Assembly (NCBI GenBank): GCA_012295275.1
Contig: CM022672.1
Span: 14,508,001 to 14,572,000 of the forward strand
DNA from: Chrysomallon squamiferum
Lineage: Eukaryota > Animalia > Mollusca
DNA: 64,000 bases
Reading direction: 5' to 3'
Position numbers and translations under genes: made by a program
Part shown: positions 27,630 through 41,524 of the stretch, in pieces
Numbering within the stretch: position 1 is the first letter of the stretch
How the letters are laid out: each line of letters starts with the position of its first letter
Notes under the pieces: generated by a model
Told to the model about the DNA's origin: nothing
Databases searched by the model: none
Seen by the model: only the letters and a program-made list of their open reading frames with translations

Positions 27630-27847
27630 AAAAATCTACATATTTACAAAATCTACAAAATACATTATTTGTTTTTTTTATAAAAGAATGAAAAACAAGT
27701 TATTTTACACCAGCCTTATGAGATACAAATTGTTTAACGTGGGTATAAAAAAGTACTGACTAAAAGAAATCTTTTTTATTTATAATTCATTATTATATCG
27801 ACTGAAAACTATTCTTAATGTACTTAATAAATGCAAATAATAATATA

Positions 27848-27993
27848 CTGTTGACCCTCTATTTCACGGATTAATAATGGGTAGCACCGTTCTGAAAAAT
27901 GCAAAAGTCAAGATTCTGAGTTCATTTTGATGATTTTTCCAGATTTGGTGTGGATTTCCCGAAACCGAGGACCGTAAAATCCAGGGTCAGCAG
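27848..27993. mobile_element. MITE, Tc1/mariner superfamily (pogo/Tigger-like), 146 bp
   Basis: Left end CTGTTGACCCTCTATTTCACGG versus reverse complement of right end CTGCTGACCCTGGATTTTACGG (18/22 identical). TA on both sides (27846-47, 27994-95). The terminus resembles Tigger-type CAGTTGACCCT ends. No coding capacity. Confidence 0.7.
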
Positions 27994-30900
27994 TATATAT
28001 AAATATATATGTATGGATGAAAAGACGTTCACTAAAGTAAATCTTACACGCGCACACACACGCACACACTGACTGAAACTCAGCTGTGGAGCAGTCAATG
28101 GCTGGAACTGGAAATTCCGCTGTGAGAAATCTGATTTTACAACTTTATTCTCCCTTTTCACCCTCATAATTATTAGTCCTGACAAAAGGAAATAATATCT
28201 ATAATGTATCTTGCGGTATATCTGTATCAGTGTGTTTCTCAACACGTCAGAGCGCGCGTGCATTTTCATTATATATATATATTTTTTTTATTATTATTAT
28301 TATTTTTTAAATGTTTTTATAACATGCATGGTCTTTTTCAAATATTCCTGCAATTTGTGGGATATGTTTATTCGTCAAGCCTCTACTCCTTAAAATTATC
28401 AAGATGAGTTTTTGTTTTCTTTTAATTTTAATTTTTTTTTTACAAGATGAATAAAAAAAATAAATTCAAATTAATAGAGTTAAACGGGTTAAAAAAAAAA
28501 AAAAAATGTTTTTAAATTAAGTAAAAAGATAATCTGAGCATGATTATACACAAGAGCATTTTAAATCAGATAACATTTATTATATATATTTTTTTTATTA
28601 TTTTAAAGGAAAAAAAAAAAAAAAAAAAAAAAATACTGAAAAAGATGGTTGTCAGAATCGCTAATGATTAGTGAAGAGTGAGGCTATAACTGAATATTTT
28701 TGTTGTTTTTCTTCCGAAGAGCTCGTTAGAGCCGGACAGAGCACGTGCACATCATCATTAAACGGCGGTATTTTAATACCGCTGATGTAACAAGATGTGC
28801 TTATTTTCAAATCATTAACGCTTGTTTACGTATTTTATTGTGTCACTCATCACTTTAAAGTACCTGCTCTCTACGTTTTGTCAAACAACATTTAAATACT
28901 TCTGAGATTAGTGGCAGCCGTTCACGGCAAGGCGCGCTATCTCATCGAGTTCTGCTAGATAAGTTTTCCGTTTCTTTCTTCTTCTTTTTCTTTCATTTTT
29001 TTTTCTTTCCCCTTTTTTTTTTTTTTTTATTGCAATCTTTGGTCCAGGCAGACGATTTTTACACTGGTCTAATATCAGCTGAGAATCGTCCTTCACATGC
29101 TCTTGGATCGTCATAATTAAAAAGCATTATATCAGCGCAATTCCCACTTTGCTTGCTTGTACGCGAAACAGCTGCAAGGCGAAATTCTCTTGGAAGAGCG
29201 TATTAGTCGCTGAAGCAAACATGATAAAAGACCGTTTTGCATTAAATGATTTTAATGGGCCCGGATCGATTATGGATCGACTGCTAAGCGCCGTGTAGTC
29301 ATTGCCCCCATTAGACCAGAGAAAACGGCTCCAGAGGGCATCTCATGCCCAGATGGACAGCTCAAGAATACGCGCTTTTATTCCTGTCTCCGAGTTGAGA
29401 TGGTTCGTTGTTCTAGAAGAAGAATATTAATGAAGTACCGCTGTAGTTTAAAACGCTCGTTTTAACTTGAACGGCTCTTCCAATCGGAACGTGTTGCCTA
29501 GGGGACAAAGCGATTGACTTCCTGCCTCGATAAATATGGCGATAGTTTTCTAAATCAGAGGCTTCTATCTGTTTTTTTCTTCTTCTTCTTCTTCTTTATT
29601 TTTTATTTTATTTTTTATTTTATTTTTTATTTTTTTTTTTTTTTTTTTTTGTTATATTTTTTTTTTTTTAGAAATTAATTCTCTTCAAAGATATTTTAAA
29701 GTTTAAATAAGAAAGAAAAAAAACGGAAAAAATGAAATTAATGAAGATTGAGTAAATCATAATCAGAAAGACAGAAAAAAATTAAATTACTTAAACATAA
29801 ATAAGTTTATACGCATGTATGAAGGTCCATAGATATAATATGCCTATATGTACTTATGAAATACATCATTTCAGATTCTAATTAAAAAAACAATATAAAG
29901 CACTAGATATTATAAGATGTGGACGTGTAATTTTAGATCTTTCAAACCTCTCTCTCTCTTACAGACACACTCACACACATACAGAAACAGATACACACAC
30001 ACACATACAGAAACAGATACACACACACACATACAGAAACAGACACACACACACACACATACACAAACAGATACACACATCACACATACAAAAGAAGCGC
30101 GTACATTCAGAAAACGCAAGAAAGATTTTTTTTTTTTTTTTTTTCCTGAATACGATAAAAGTTCTTCTTTTGATTTGTTCTGGTTTATCGAACGGACTGA
30201 ACTATACGTGCAATAAAACGCTCAAACTAGCCAATATCTAATCTGATCAAACCTCCTAATAGCCCGTTCTAAGATTGCGCGGGACCCTTATGACACCTTA
30301 ATTGTTCCAGACCAGGAGAATTTCTTAATGATGCTGATAGAACTGACAGTGGCGATGCAATCGAGCATGTAATTTGTGCCTTAAATTTGTCATAATTAGT
30401 ACGTGAGTGCCGGGCCCGTAACACCAACAACACCTGCACCGCGAAACCAGCAGACAGCCAGTGATAAGTTCATCACTGAGCATGTCACGCCTCGTTTCAG
30501 AAATTACCGCAAAGTGATCTGGTATGTCGCAGTTCTCTCAAAATGTTATCCCAGGAAGTCGATCAAGAAAGAGGCCCTGTTTGGGAAAACATTTTGTTTA
30601 AAAAAAAAAAAAAAAAAAGAAGAAGAAGAAAAAAGAAGATTATTATTTCTTAATATTGTTTGTTATTGTTGTTGTTGTTGTAGTTGTTATTATTATTATT
30701 ATTGTTGTTGTTGTTGTTATTATTATATAATTGGTGTTTTAAAAGAAATGCAATGCCAACGTTTTCACTCGCCGTTCAAATCTCGGTCTTATGTCTTGAT
30801 TTAATTAGAGAGTTTTATCTGATTTCCCCGCCACTGCTTCTAAAATAGATAATAGAAGATACAACCAAAAACATGCACACAGGTTTCTGATTGTTTTGCA

Positions 30901-31063
30901 CAAGAAACATATAGTAACAAAATCTGCTGTATATAAAATGTAAAATGTAATTCATATTTAGATTTAGCTCATTCTCTGATTTCCGGTCCCACGCATTACG
31001 GAAGAAGGATTCTTAACCTGTAATAGGAGTTTATAAGACAGAAATAATTTGATGCATACAGAT

Positions 31064-31157
<94 letters not shown>

Positions 31158-31230
31158 AAATACGTAAATCAGCTCTCATGAAAACATCCATATAAATACA
31201 AGTACAGCGATTTGGTTAAAATGTGTGTTC

Positions 31231-31266
<36 letters not shown>

Positions 31267-32246
31267 TTTAAAATATGTACGAACACAACTTTATATCTTT
31301 AAATCAAAACCTTCAGCCTGCCACCGTTCCCAAGTGAAACAGTTTCTTACAGTAGTAGTAGTAATTGTAGTTGTAGTAGTAGTAGTAGTAATTGTAGTTG
31401 TAGTAGTAGTAGTAGTTGTAGTTGTAGTAGTAGTAGTAGTAGTTGTTGTAGTTGTAGTAGTAATAGTAGAAGTAGAAGTAAAAAAAAGGAGATGAAAGAA
31501 GAAAAACAAAAATATTAATGATGATGATGATGATGATAAACAACAACAACAACGACAACAACAACAACAACAACAACACAACAGTAACACATCAAACCAA
31601 CGTACCACAATTATTATAAATTCTTCATCTTTCTTTTTCTTTTTCTTTCTTCTTTTCTTTCTTCTTTTTTTTGGACAAATTCTCTAAAAACACGTTTTCC
31701 CTCCACCCCTAACAAGGCCTCCCGGAGAGGCCCACCACATGGTTACTTTAAAACGCGTAAACCATCAGCGATAGGGATACACTTCAAATTATGTTTTAGT
31801 CGCTAATCAACACGCCGATGACTGCTAAATGAGAGAAAAACGGTGCTGGTTTGTTTTAACTTTTATCTTAATATGCGTATTTTCGACCGCGGCGGACCAC
31901 CGCACCGCAGTGATGGGTCTGGTGTCGGCCTGTGTCGACTAATAGGTGCACCAGTCTCGCGGGGTATTATCTCGCAGATAACGTATCTGAAATAACATGT
32001 TACTGGGCACGAAACACTTAAAGCTACATGAAAGTGAACCCATATGCTGTGCTGTGCTGTGCTGTGTTGAACAAAAAAAAAAAAAATGAAAAAAAAATAA
32101 AAAAAATGAATGAATGAATGAAATGAAATGAAGAGAAAGAAGAAGAAGAAAAGAATAAATACAGAATGATTGAGAGTAGACGGAGGGAGAGAGGGAGGGA
32201 AGGTGGGAGGGAGGGAGGGAGGGAGAGAGAGAGAGAGGGAGGGAGG

Positions 32247-32349
<103 letters not shown>

Positions 32350-32842
32350 ACTGCGAGAAGCCTAACCCTAAAAAACCTACAAAGAAAGCAAAAAAAACTT
32401 CAAAGAAATAATTAAAATATATAAATACATGATCATGGCAGAAGTGTTAAATAATAAAATGTATAAAGTAATTTATGTTGACATGAGTAGCGTAACAAAT
32501 GTAGACGATACTTAATTTAAACATTCACAGTTTTCAACAGGAGCCGTTTTTGTTGTAATTATTTGCCTAGGGCTTTTCCATCCTTAGTTAAACTTGTCGT
32601 TAATTAAAGATTAATAACGACCAAATGACTTAAATTAATTAATGTCAAAGAAAAATATAATTATTTCTAATCACTTTTAAAAACCAAACGTTATTTTAAT
32701 AATAATAGAGACTTTAGTAGCAGTAGCAGTAGCAGCAACAGTGGTAGTAATAGTTGTAATAGTGGTAGTAGTAGTAATCGCAATAATAGTAGTAGTAATA
32801 TTAACAGTGGTTTTGGTAGTGATAATAGTAGATAACAGTAGA

Positions 32843-33099
32843 AATAGTAGTGGTAGTTACAGTAGTAATATTATTATTATTAGTAGTAGTAGTGGTAGTT
32901 ACAGTTGTAATATTATTAGTAGTAGTAGTAGTGGTAGTTACAGTAGTAATATTATTATTAGTAGTAGTAGTAGTGGTAGTTACAGTAGTAACATTATTAT
33001 TAGTAGTAGTAGTGGTAGTTACAGGAGTAATATTATTATTACTAGTAGTGGTAGTTACAGTAGTAATATTATTATTGGTAGTTACAGTAGTAGTGGTAA
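32843..33099. repeat. ~33-39-bp minisatellite derived from AGT/ATT repeats, about 7 copies
   Basis: Unit approximately AGTAGTGGTAGTTACAGTAGTAATATTATTATT; gives the repetitive ORF 32741..33151. Confidence 0.85.
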
Positions 33100-35155
33100 T
33101 GTTTCTTTTAATCATACAACTACAACTGTAGGTGCTGTTACTCTATCATAAACATAACTACAAGTACTACCACTACAGCTGCAGCAGCAACTATTACTGC
33201 TATTACTACTGCAGATGCTGCTGCTGTTGGTGCTGCTACTATTAAAAACATTGTAATTATTACTACTACTACTACTACAACTATTACTACTAGTACTAAT
33301 GCTGTTGTCAGAACTACTACTACTGCTTCTATTAATACTACTACTACAGCTGCTACCACTACTACATCTACTACTACTACTACTACTACTATTACGTTAT
33401 CATACTTTAATGATTACTAAGTCTGATGTAAAAAAGGAAGCTAAAAACATAGAAGTGTGTATGTTTGTATGTGTGTGTGTGTGTGTGTGTATATATGTAT
33501 GTATGTATATATGTATGTATGTATGTATGTATCTGTCTTTCGAGCTGTCTTTCTGTCTGTCTATCAGTCTGTCTATGTACTTATCTATCTACCTCTTTAT
33601 CTATTTATTTTTTTTCTATCTATCTATCTACTAATCTACCTACTTATCTATCTATCTCTCTATCTATCTATCTATCTATCTATTTGTCTATCTATCAATA
33701 CGAAATATTCGATGGTAACACAAAACTGGAACTTTAAATAATTGTGTTCAAATCGGAGGGTCGTGTAGATAACATCTCCGGCTGTTAAAAACAGGTTATC
33801 GGAACGAGTTAATTAAAATCTGGCTGCACAACATGTATTAAACAGAACACATTTCACACACGTGTCCTGCACATTTTAAACGCACATTAACTGAATTTAT
33901 CGCAGGCAGCCAGCTTGTAGCTCGGCGTGTGAATCGTCTCCAGAGACGTGGTGTCGCGGGCTCGCTTCCCCGCAGGGAGCAGTCTGGACCATTACCCATT
34001 ACAGCTGTCGCCTCACCAGTCATTCAACGAAGGCTGTGATATGTAATTTTCTAAGTGTGGAAAGTTAAATGCAAAATGACTAATCAGAAATAGATAACAA
34101 TGGAGAGCATTTAATTGTTTGTTTACTTACTTACTTACTTACTTATTTTATCTTATTTTGTTTTATTTTATTTTATTTTATTTTAAGTAATTTTATTTTA
34201 TTTTATTTTAAGTAATTTTATTTTGTTTAATTTTATTTAATTTTATTTAATTTTGTTTTATTTTGTTTAATTTTATTTTGTTTTTTATTATTTTATTCTA
34301 TTTTGTTTTCGTACTTTATAATTATCTTAACCATGAATGTATTCTCTTAAATTTTATTATTAACAGAACTTTAATACAAAAATATATACATAAAAACATT
34401 CATGTATTCGTAATAATATACACGATATTAAATATTAATTTTGTTATTATAACTACTGTTGTATATCATGTTACAAAACGAAAGATTAATAACTGTTACA
34501 GTAGCAATAGTGTTCTAGTAGTTTCAGCGTTGTTGTGGCAACAGTAATAATAATAATATAAGTAGTATTAGCAGCAATAGAAGTAAAAAGAAAAAATTGT
34601 ATAATTATTTGGAAAAATTGTTTAACGCTAACCGTTTTCCATGATCTTTTCTTTAAAACAAAATTTCCCTACACTTTAGATTTAAATAATAATTTTATAG
34701 TTATTATTATTATTTTAAATAGGTTTAACAATAATAGATTTAAATGATAATTTTAAAGTTAATATTATTTTAACTAGATAACCACTAACATTTTTCCTTA
34801 CCTGGTGTTTACAATAGTTGATCTGGCGTAATTCAAGAGAAAAGTCAAAGACACTGGCTTCTACGTAACAATAATTATGACGTCAACAATGAAGTGACGT
34901 TAAAGGGAACAATACCTTTAATGCGTCGAGTTTACACTGTGTATTTAGGCTATGAACTAATTTTTAAAAGGTTTTATTTTATTTTATTTTTTATTTTTAT
35001 TTTTATTGTTTAATTAGTGTAATTAATTTTCATGTTAATCCTTCTGCTGATACTTTTGTTCATGCATGTTGTGTTGTTGGTGATGTTGACGTACCTGTTG
35101 ATTTCGCGGAATAACAGAGGCCGTTAAATGCAAGGTAAATTATAACATCTGATAT

Positions 35156-35186
<31 letters not shown>

Positions 35187-36731
35187 TTACTGTTATTGGC
35201 TGTTCTTCTTATTATTTATTTTATTGCTGTTGTTGTTATCATAATAATTATTACTGTTACTAGAAGATATAATAGTAATAGTAGTAACAGCAGCAGCAGC
35301 AGACGTAGTAGCGGTAGCTGTAGTAGTAGTAGTAATGGTGGTCGCGGTGGTAGTCATACTAGCAGTAACAGTAGTAGTAGTAGTAGTGGTTGTTGTAGTA
35401 GTAGTAATAGTAGTGTTAATAGAAATATTAGAAGTAGTAATTTATTATTTTTATTATCATCATCATCATCATCATTATTTTTTTGTCGTTGTTATGGAAG
35501 CTTTTCATTATGATGGTATATATTTTAACTACTGAAAACATAAAATTAGGTGTAGGAATATTTCACTCTGCAGCACAGCTTAATATTAATAAGATGCGGG
35601 ATTATTTTAAAATAATGGCAGGACAATGTGGTATTGCAACTCGGCAATTAGCTCTTGGCTTTTAAAAATCTGTCTTACGTCCTTAATGTAAACACTGATA
35701 TCTTTCTGTAATAAAATAATCCACCTACATAATTCTAACGACTCTGTCATTATTATTAACGTAATTTCAGTCAAGGGGAAATAACTATTCTCTCGCATTC
35801 TCTGTAGCGGTGTTTCTACTGTACAAAGATGGAACAGATTTGCGCTTGTCGTTTTGCAGTATGTCTGGCATTCAAAGAGCCAATGATAGAACATTTGATT
35901 AAAGTATTCTGGTATTAATGCTAAGCCAAGTAACTAACTAACTAACTAACTATGACTAACTAACTAAATAAATAAATAAATAAAAGATAAATAAATAAAT
36001 ACATAAATAAATAAATAAATAATTAAATAAATAAAAATAACTTTAAAAGTTATTATTACTGATATTCTTCATTTTGCTGCTGATATTGTTGTTGATATTA
36101 TTATTATTGTTATTGTTGCTGTTGTTGTTGTTGTTGTTGTTTTTGTTAATCAGCAGACAAATATGAAATGAAAGGCGATTGAAGGGGAATAACTGCATTG
36201 TAACTTTTGAACTACGTTTCCGTCATAATTTAATAAAGGTTTCTACACAATGTATTTTCTTTGCATACTAATATTAAGTCTACTGAAACGTAATTAAATG
36301 ATATTTAACATATTCTTTTATATGACAAAGAGTTCCTTTTATACTGTCGTTAATAATGTACGTGTAATGATGATGTAAAATATAAATGGCAGATGATATG
36401 CAAGTGAGAATTAATATTAAATATACATGGATGGACTGATATTAAGAGTGTTACTGTTATTTATTTTATTTTATTTTATTTTATTGTATTATTTTTTTTT
36501 GTTTGTTTGTTTTATGTTTGTTTGTTTGTGTTTTACATAACTAATTTTATCTTCAAAGAATTATTTAAAATCTACCCCATCAATCCTCAACCTCCCGCTT
36601 TTCGGAAAATCTTTTTAATTAAAACAAAATAAGAATAACAATGAATGAAAATTATTATTATTTTTTTTTTTTTTTTTACTATGGATTATACTGTTATTTT
36701 CATTATTTGATTCATTTTAAGACTACTACCA

Positions 36732-37066
36732 CTACGACGTTGGTTTTTCGGTACTATAATGACTCCATCCTTGAATCTCATTGTATAACAAATCGCCGGG
36801 GCATGCCGTTGTGCCCACATCGCGGTGACCGTAGAGGCTGTAGTCTTTTGTTACTTTCCCTTTAACCGCCGCGCACGTCAGCAGTCGCTTGATGACGTCG
36901 AGTGCTTTCTGGTCTGGAAGACGTTCCATGAAGTTGCCCATGACGCACACGGCGATGCCTCTCGTGTTGTAGCCGCGCGTGTGTCCTCCACGATGATTCC
37001 AACCACGTCCCTCATACACACGACCGTCTTCGCCAACCAGAAAACTGTAAGCAACGTCCCAGTAGT
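36732..37066 (-). CDS. PGRP: Peptidoglycan recognition protein (amidase type), exon 5 (terminal): C-terminal half of the PGRP/Amidase_2 domain
   Basis: Acceptor tttgtAG at 37068-37067. Reads (N)YWDVAYSFLVGEDGRVYEGRGWNHRGGHTRGYNTRGIAVCVMGNFMERLP...YSLYGHRDVGTTACPGDLLYNEIQGWSHYSTEKPTS*. Contains the classic PGRP motifs D..Y.FL.G.DG..YEGRGW and GHRD...T.CPG. Confidence 0.96.
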
Positions 37067-37073
37067 CTACAAA

Positions 37074-37112
<39 letters not shown>

Positions 37113-37670
37113 GCTGTTCTTAAAGGTGCGTAAGTAACATTAAATCTGAGTTACACTCTAATGTACAACTACTGCTACATCTGCAACTACTATCTCTACT
37201 GCTACTCATGTTACTACTTATACTGCTGCTGCTACTACAGCCACTACGGCTATTCTGCTACTGCTAATCCGAGTACTAAACCTGCTATTACTTGCGCTGA
37301 AACACTTACTGGTAATAATTCTATTGATATGTTACTTTCTGTTACTATATTGTTACTATTTCTACTACTGCTATTAATATTACCGCTATGGTTATTACTA
37401 GTATTACTACTACTACTACCACTACCACTACTACTACTACGTCTACTACTACTACAAATAATAATAATATTATATACTACTACTACTAATAATTATTATA
37501 CTAATACTATTACTATTACTAATACGACTACTATTGCTACCTTTTTACTATTACTACCGTTAAATATCTGGTATTTTATGTATTTATTTATTTATTTATT
37601 TATTTAGTTGTAATTTTTACATTAGATCATCGCAATCATCGTCTTTCTGTGAACTACACTAAGGGCTCAC

Positions 37671-37877
37671 TTCTTGAATTCATGTGGTATTTCTGAACAC
37701 CATGCACGACCTTTGCGCATGCGTCAAACGTCTGACACGAATGGCCTGCAGTGTGATGAATAAAAACCATCGATACCGGAAGATGAATGTTCTCGACAAC
37801 TCTGGGTGTTCTCGCGCCCCAGGAATCTCGCGAGACTATCGTTACGTTGAAGTCTGAACAGTCACCAGTGTCAACAA
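37671..37877 (-). CDS. PGRP: PGRP exon 4: N-terminal half of the PGRP domain
   Basis: Acceptor tttttcAG and donor A|GTGAGC; 207 nt, phase 1-1. Reads (L)VDTGDCSDFNVTIVSRDSWGARTPRVVENIHLPVSMVFIHHTAGHSCQTFDACAKVVHGVQKYHMNSR, with the I.SR..WGA, IHHT and C-x5-C PGRP motifs. Confidence 0.95.
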
Positions 37878-38184
37878 CTGAAAAAATGAAAAATAAAAAC
37901 GTGAAAATAATGATAAACACATTGTTTAAAAAGAAAACAAACACACTAATAACAATTTAAAAAAATAAAATAAATAAAACAGAGAAAAGAAAAGAAATTA
38001 AAACAATAAAACAAAATAAAACAAAATGAATTAAAAATAATAAAAATAACGTACTAAACTGACATAATGACGTACAACGAACTGACTGACTGACTGACTG
38101 ATTTTATATTACGCTGTATTTCAAACGAGAAAAATAAAAGAATAGACTAATATACTGATATTTGTTTTAGTGCTTCATAATATA

Positions 38185-38297
<113 letters not shown>

Positions 38298-38495
38298 AGA
38301 CACACCACACTCGCATACACATATATACACACTTACCCATTCTCTTTTTGTCTTTCCCTCATCCTCTCTCCTTGTCTTTCCCTCATCCTCTCTCCTAATA
38401 TTTATTAAAATTTATATTTGTATTATATAAAAAAATAATAATAATAATAATAAAGTACAGAAAAAAAATAATTCTAAACTAATAATTTAACATAC

Positions 38496-38630
38496 GCGTA
38501 TATTTGGACAAACAACATCTACGATGCGGTCCTCCGGAACAGTCGTGACTGACGTAGCTTCCTGAACAATAACTAACACTGTCATCTAAACAAACTCCTC
38601 CTAGACGTGAACATTTGTCATCTCCTTTAC
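38496..38630 (-). CDS. PGRP: PGRP exon 3: second six-cysteine defensin-like module
   Basis: Acceptor atttcAG and donor C|GTATGT; 135 nt, phase 1-1. Reads (S)KGDDKCSRLGGVCLDDSVSYCSGSYVSHDCSGGPHRRCCLSKYT (C-x6-C-x7-C-x8-C-x7-CC). Not in the ORF track. Confidence 0.88.
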
Positions 38631-38642
38631 CTGAAATAATTG

Positions 38643-38694
<52 letters not shown>

Positions 38695-39885
38695 GTTATA
38701 ACAACAACAACAACAATTAATAGGTATTGAATATATATTATATGTTTGCTTCTTCCTTTTTTTCCTTTCTTTTTGTGTGTGTGTGTGAATGTGCCTGTGT
38801 GTATGTGTGTGTATGTGTGTGTATGTGTATCTGTGTTTCGATTTGCTTATTTTGTTTATGTATTTGCTTGTTTGTTTGGTTTCTTTCTGTCGTTGTTTTT
38901 AAAGGAATTACTCTCATCACGTAATGATCTTGATTGTGCTACTGCCAAAGAAAGCACTTGAACAGTTAAATGCGCCGTGGATAATTAATTCTGAAAAGCA
39001 CAGACGTAACCTTCACGTACCGACCCGGACACGTCTTTTCTCGCGAGATTTCCGCGATACGAGACAGACCTGTACGAACGTGTTTACGTGTAGCGAAGCA
39101 CTTACGTGGGTGCAGTTCCGTATCATTATAGCAATGTTTTAAACATTACACAGAGTAAATCTTGTTTTTATGACTTTTTAAAATTATCTTGGCACGGATT
39201 AGTGCTTTTTAAGTTGCATTTTCTTGTCTGGTTTTCCAAAAAAGGCGCGGTTGGACTGAAGTACCGTTATACCGCTGGCTGAACGAGATTACGATTTCGG
39301 GCGCTAATTTCAAATTAATATGTGCTTGAAACGTAGTAAATTAACGTTTTTGACCCTTAGGATGTTGTTTTGACAAATAGACAAAACATTTATTTGTTTC
39401 CATACGAAAATACTGGCCATTACGTAGCTCTGTCTGTACTAGATGAGCAAATAACAAATAATTGGTATGTGACAAATTTTTCAAAAACATAACAATCCTA
39501 CAAAATTATATATCATCAGAAACACAAATTAAAATGACTCCAAGATATCTTTGAAAGCTTTGATATGAAAAAGATTACGAATTTTTATCTGAATAAAATT
39601 TTGCCTGTTTTTTTTTATTTCATAATCTTTGGAGAACCTGTGATTGATTTTCGTCATTTGGCAACATAAACATTGAATATTCTATAAATGTTCAAACCAA
39701 ATATACCTTTTTGTGACTTCTAGAACTGTAGTTACTTCCCTTCCTTGATCTATTTCGATACGCGGTTTGTGCTTTACGTGGAAGATAAACTGAAAGCGAG
39801 TTACGTTCGTGATCCGTGATCTTTCTTTCTGTATGTAGGTATATATGTGTGTGTGTGTATATATATATGTATGTATGTATTATAT

Positions 39886-39928
<43 letters not shown>

Positions 39929-39944
39929 TATGTATGTATTATAT

Positions 39945-39981
<37 letters not shown>

Positions 39982-40054
39982 TGTGTGTGTTTGTATGTGT
40001 GTGTGAGTGAGTGTGTGTGCAGTGTAGTGTACTTAGGTAAAATAAAATAAATAC

Positions 40055-40186
40055 TTGTATTCAGACAGCACTGTCTTGAAGAATGTCCTGAACACAGACC
40101 CGCCTTGTACACACCACTACACGCAGTGTGAATCTCCTGACACACACCATTACCCTTTACACAGGCTGAGTCGTCCAGAGCTGACG
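40055..40186 (-). CDS. PGRP: PGRP exon 2: signal-peptide end plus first six-cysteine defensin-like module
   Basis: Acceptor tttttAG and donor A|GTATTT; 132 nt, phase 1-1. Reads (A)SALDDSACVKGNGVCQEIHTACSGVYKAGLCSGHSSRQCCLNT (C-x6-C-x6-C-x8-C-x7-CC). Confidence 0.88.
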
Positions 40187-40411
40187 CTAAAAATATGTAT
40201 AATGCTGATAATGTTTAAAGTAACATAGATGTGTAAATAAAATTAAATAATGAATTAATGGAATAATGAAATAAAGAAATGACAAAAAGAAAAAGTAAGA
40301 AAGAAAGAGAAAAAAAATATATATATGAGCAAATGGACTGAAAAGCTTGAGTCTATGCGTTAAAACGTGCGGGAAATTAATAAATAAATAAATTAATTAA
40401 TTAATTAATTA

Positions 40412-40477
<66 letters not shown>

Positions 40478-40776
40478 TTGCATACTAGAAATAAATAGTA
40501 CTTAATCAAAACTGTAAATAAATGTATATGTGTGTTTCTCTGTCTACATACATACAAGTCTATGTGTATGTGTAAAAAGAAATGAATTTCATAGTGGAAA
40601 TTTTTTAAATGTTTAATATTTACCTTCACTTTTAATTTAATTATGGGTGTCGCTGTGAAAAAAAAAACAACACCAAAAAAACAGATACACGCGCGCTCGT
40701 ACACCCAAACGCCATTGCTCCTTCATAAAATATGCATAGATGGATATATGTGTGAGTGAGTTTTTGTTTGTTTGTT

Positions 40777-40848
<72 letters not shown>

Positions 40849-40889
40849 TGTGTGTGTGTTAAATTTAAACAGAAATATATCACACAAAC

Positions 40890-40938
40890 CTGTAAATAAA
40901 AAAATATACAATGTCACCAAAACTGTGTGCCCGGCCAT
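40890..40938 (-). CDS. PGRP: PGRP exon 1: start codon and signal peptide
   Basis: aacATGG at 40938, then MAGHTVLVTLYIFLFT and donor G|GTTTGT (phase 1). Spliced to exon 2 it gives a hydrophobic core plus an A-S-A cleavage motif. Total CDS 49+132+135+207+335 = 858 nt, 285 aa, with no internal stop. Confidence 0.82.
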
Positions 40939-40985
40939 GTTATGTGAAATCAACATTTGTTTCATTTTTTTTTTCTTTTTCTCAC

Positions 40986-41005
40986 TATTTATAATCTCTC
41001 TTATC
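40986..41005 (-). promoter_or_regulatory. Putative PGRP core promoter: TATA box with adjacent GATA site
   Basis: Minus-strand TATAAATA at 40993-40986, about 50 nt upstream of the ATG; TGATAAG just upstream at about 41005-40999. Confidence 0.45.
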
Positions 41006-41524
41006 AAATAAAAATAAAAAATAAAAATTTATTTCGCACGATGGTCACTGAAATCATTGGGTTATTTAGTTCAGACATTATGAGAAAGATAACAACATTT
41101 TGATATCATAGACAACGGTAACCGAATTACTACAATCTCAAATGTGTTCCGTGAAGGAAGGAATGAATGAACGAACGAATGAACAAAAGAACAAATAGAT
41201 AAATATCTGTTAATAACATAAAGGCATTTATATGTAGTAGTAGTAGTAGTAGTAGTAGTTGTAGTAGTAGTAGTAGTATCATTATCATTATTATTACTAA
41301 ACCACTATTGAAATTAATGCTGATAAATTATTTGTCCCTGAAATAGGTCACATTATTAAATAGAGTTACTTCCCTTGCAATGTAAAATGCCCAACACTAA
41401 AAAGGATAGCTAGTTTAAGATAACTACAAAGTGAAATTAATATTCACGACAAATACCTGTTTTCCTAAATCTCAGGAAAAAACAGTTCAGAAATAACTGT
41501 TGTTTTTTGTTTCGTATTTAATTA

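Noticed and set aside
28756-28773. Short near-palindrome GCGGTATTTTAATACCGC (and similar small hairpins at about 29445 and 31715)
   Set aside because: Too short to distinguish from chance, and no transposon-end context.
38940-39430. A possible third cysteine-module exon in PGRP intron 2 (strong minus-strand donor CAC|GTAAGT near 39105)
   Set aside because: No six-cysteine reading frame and no suitable upstream acceptor found.
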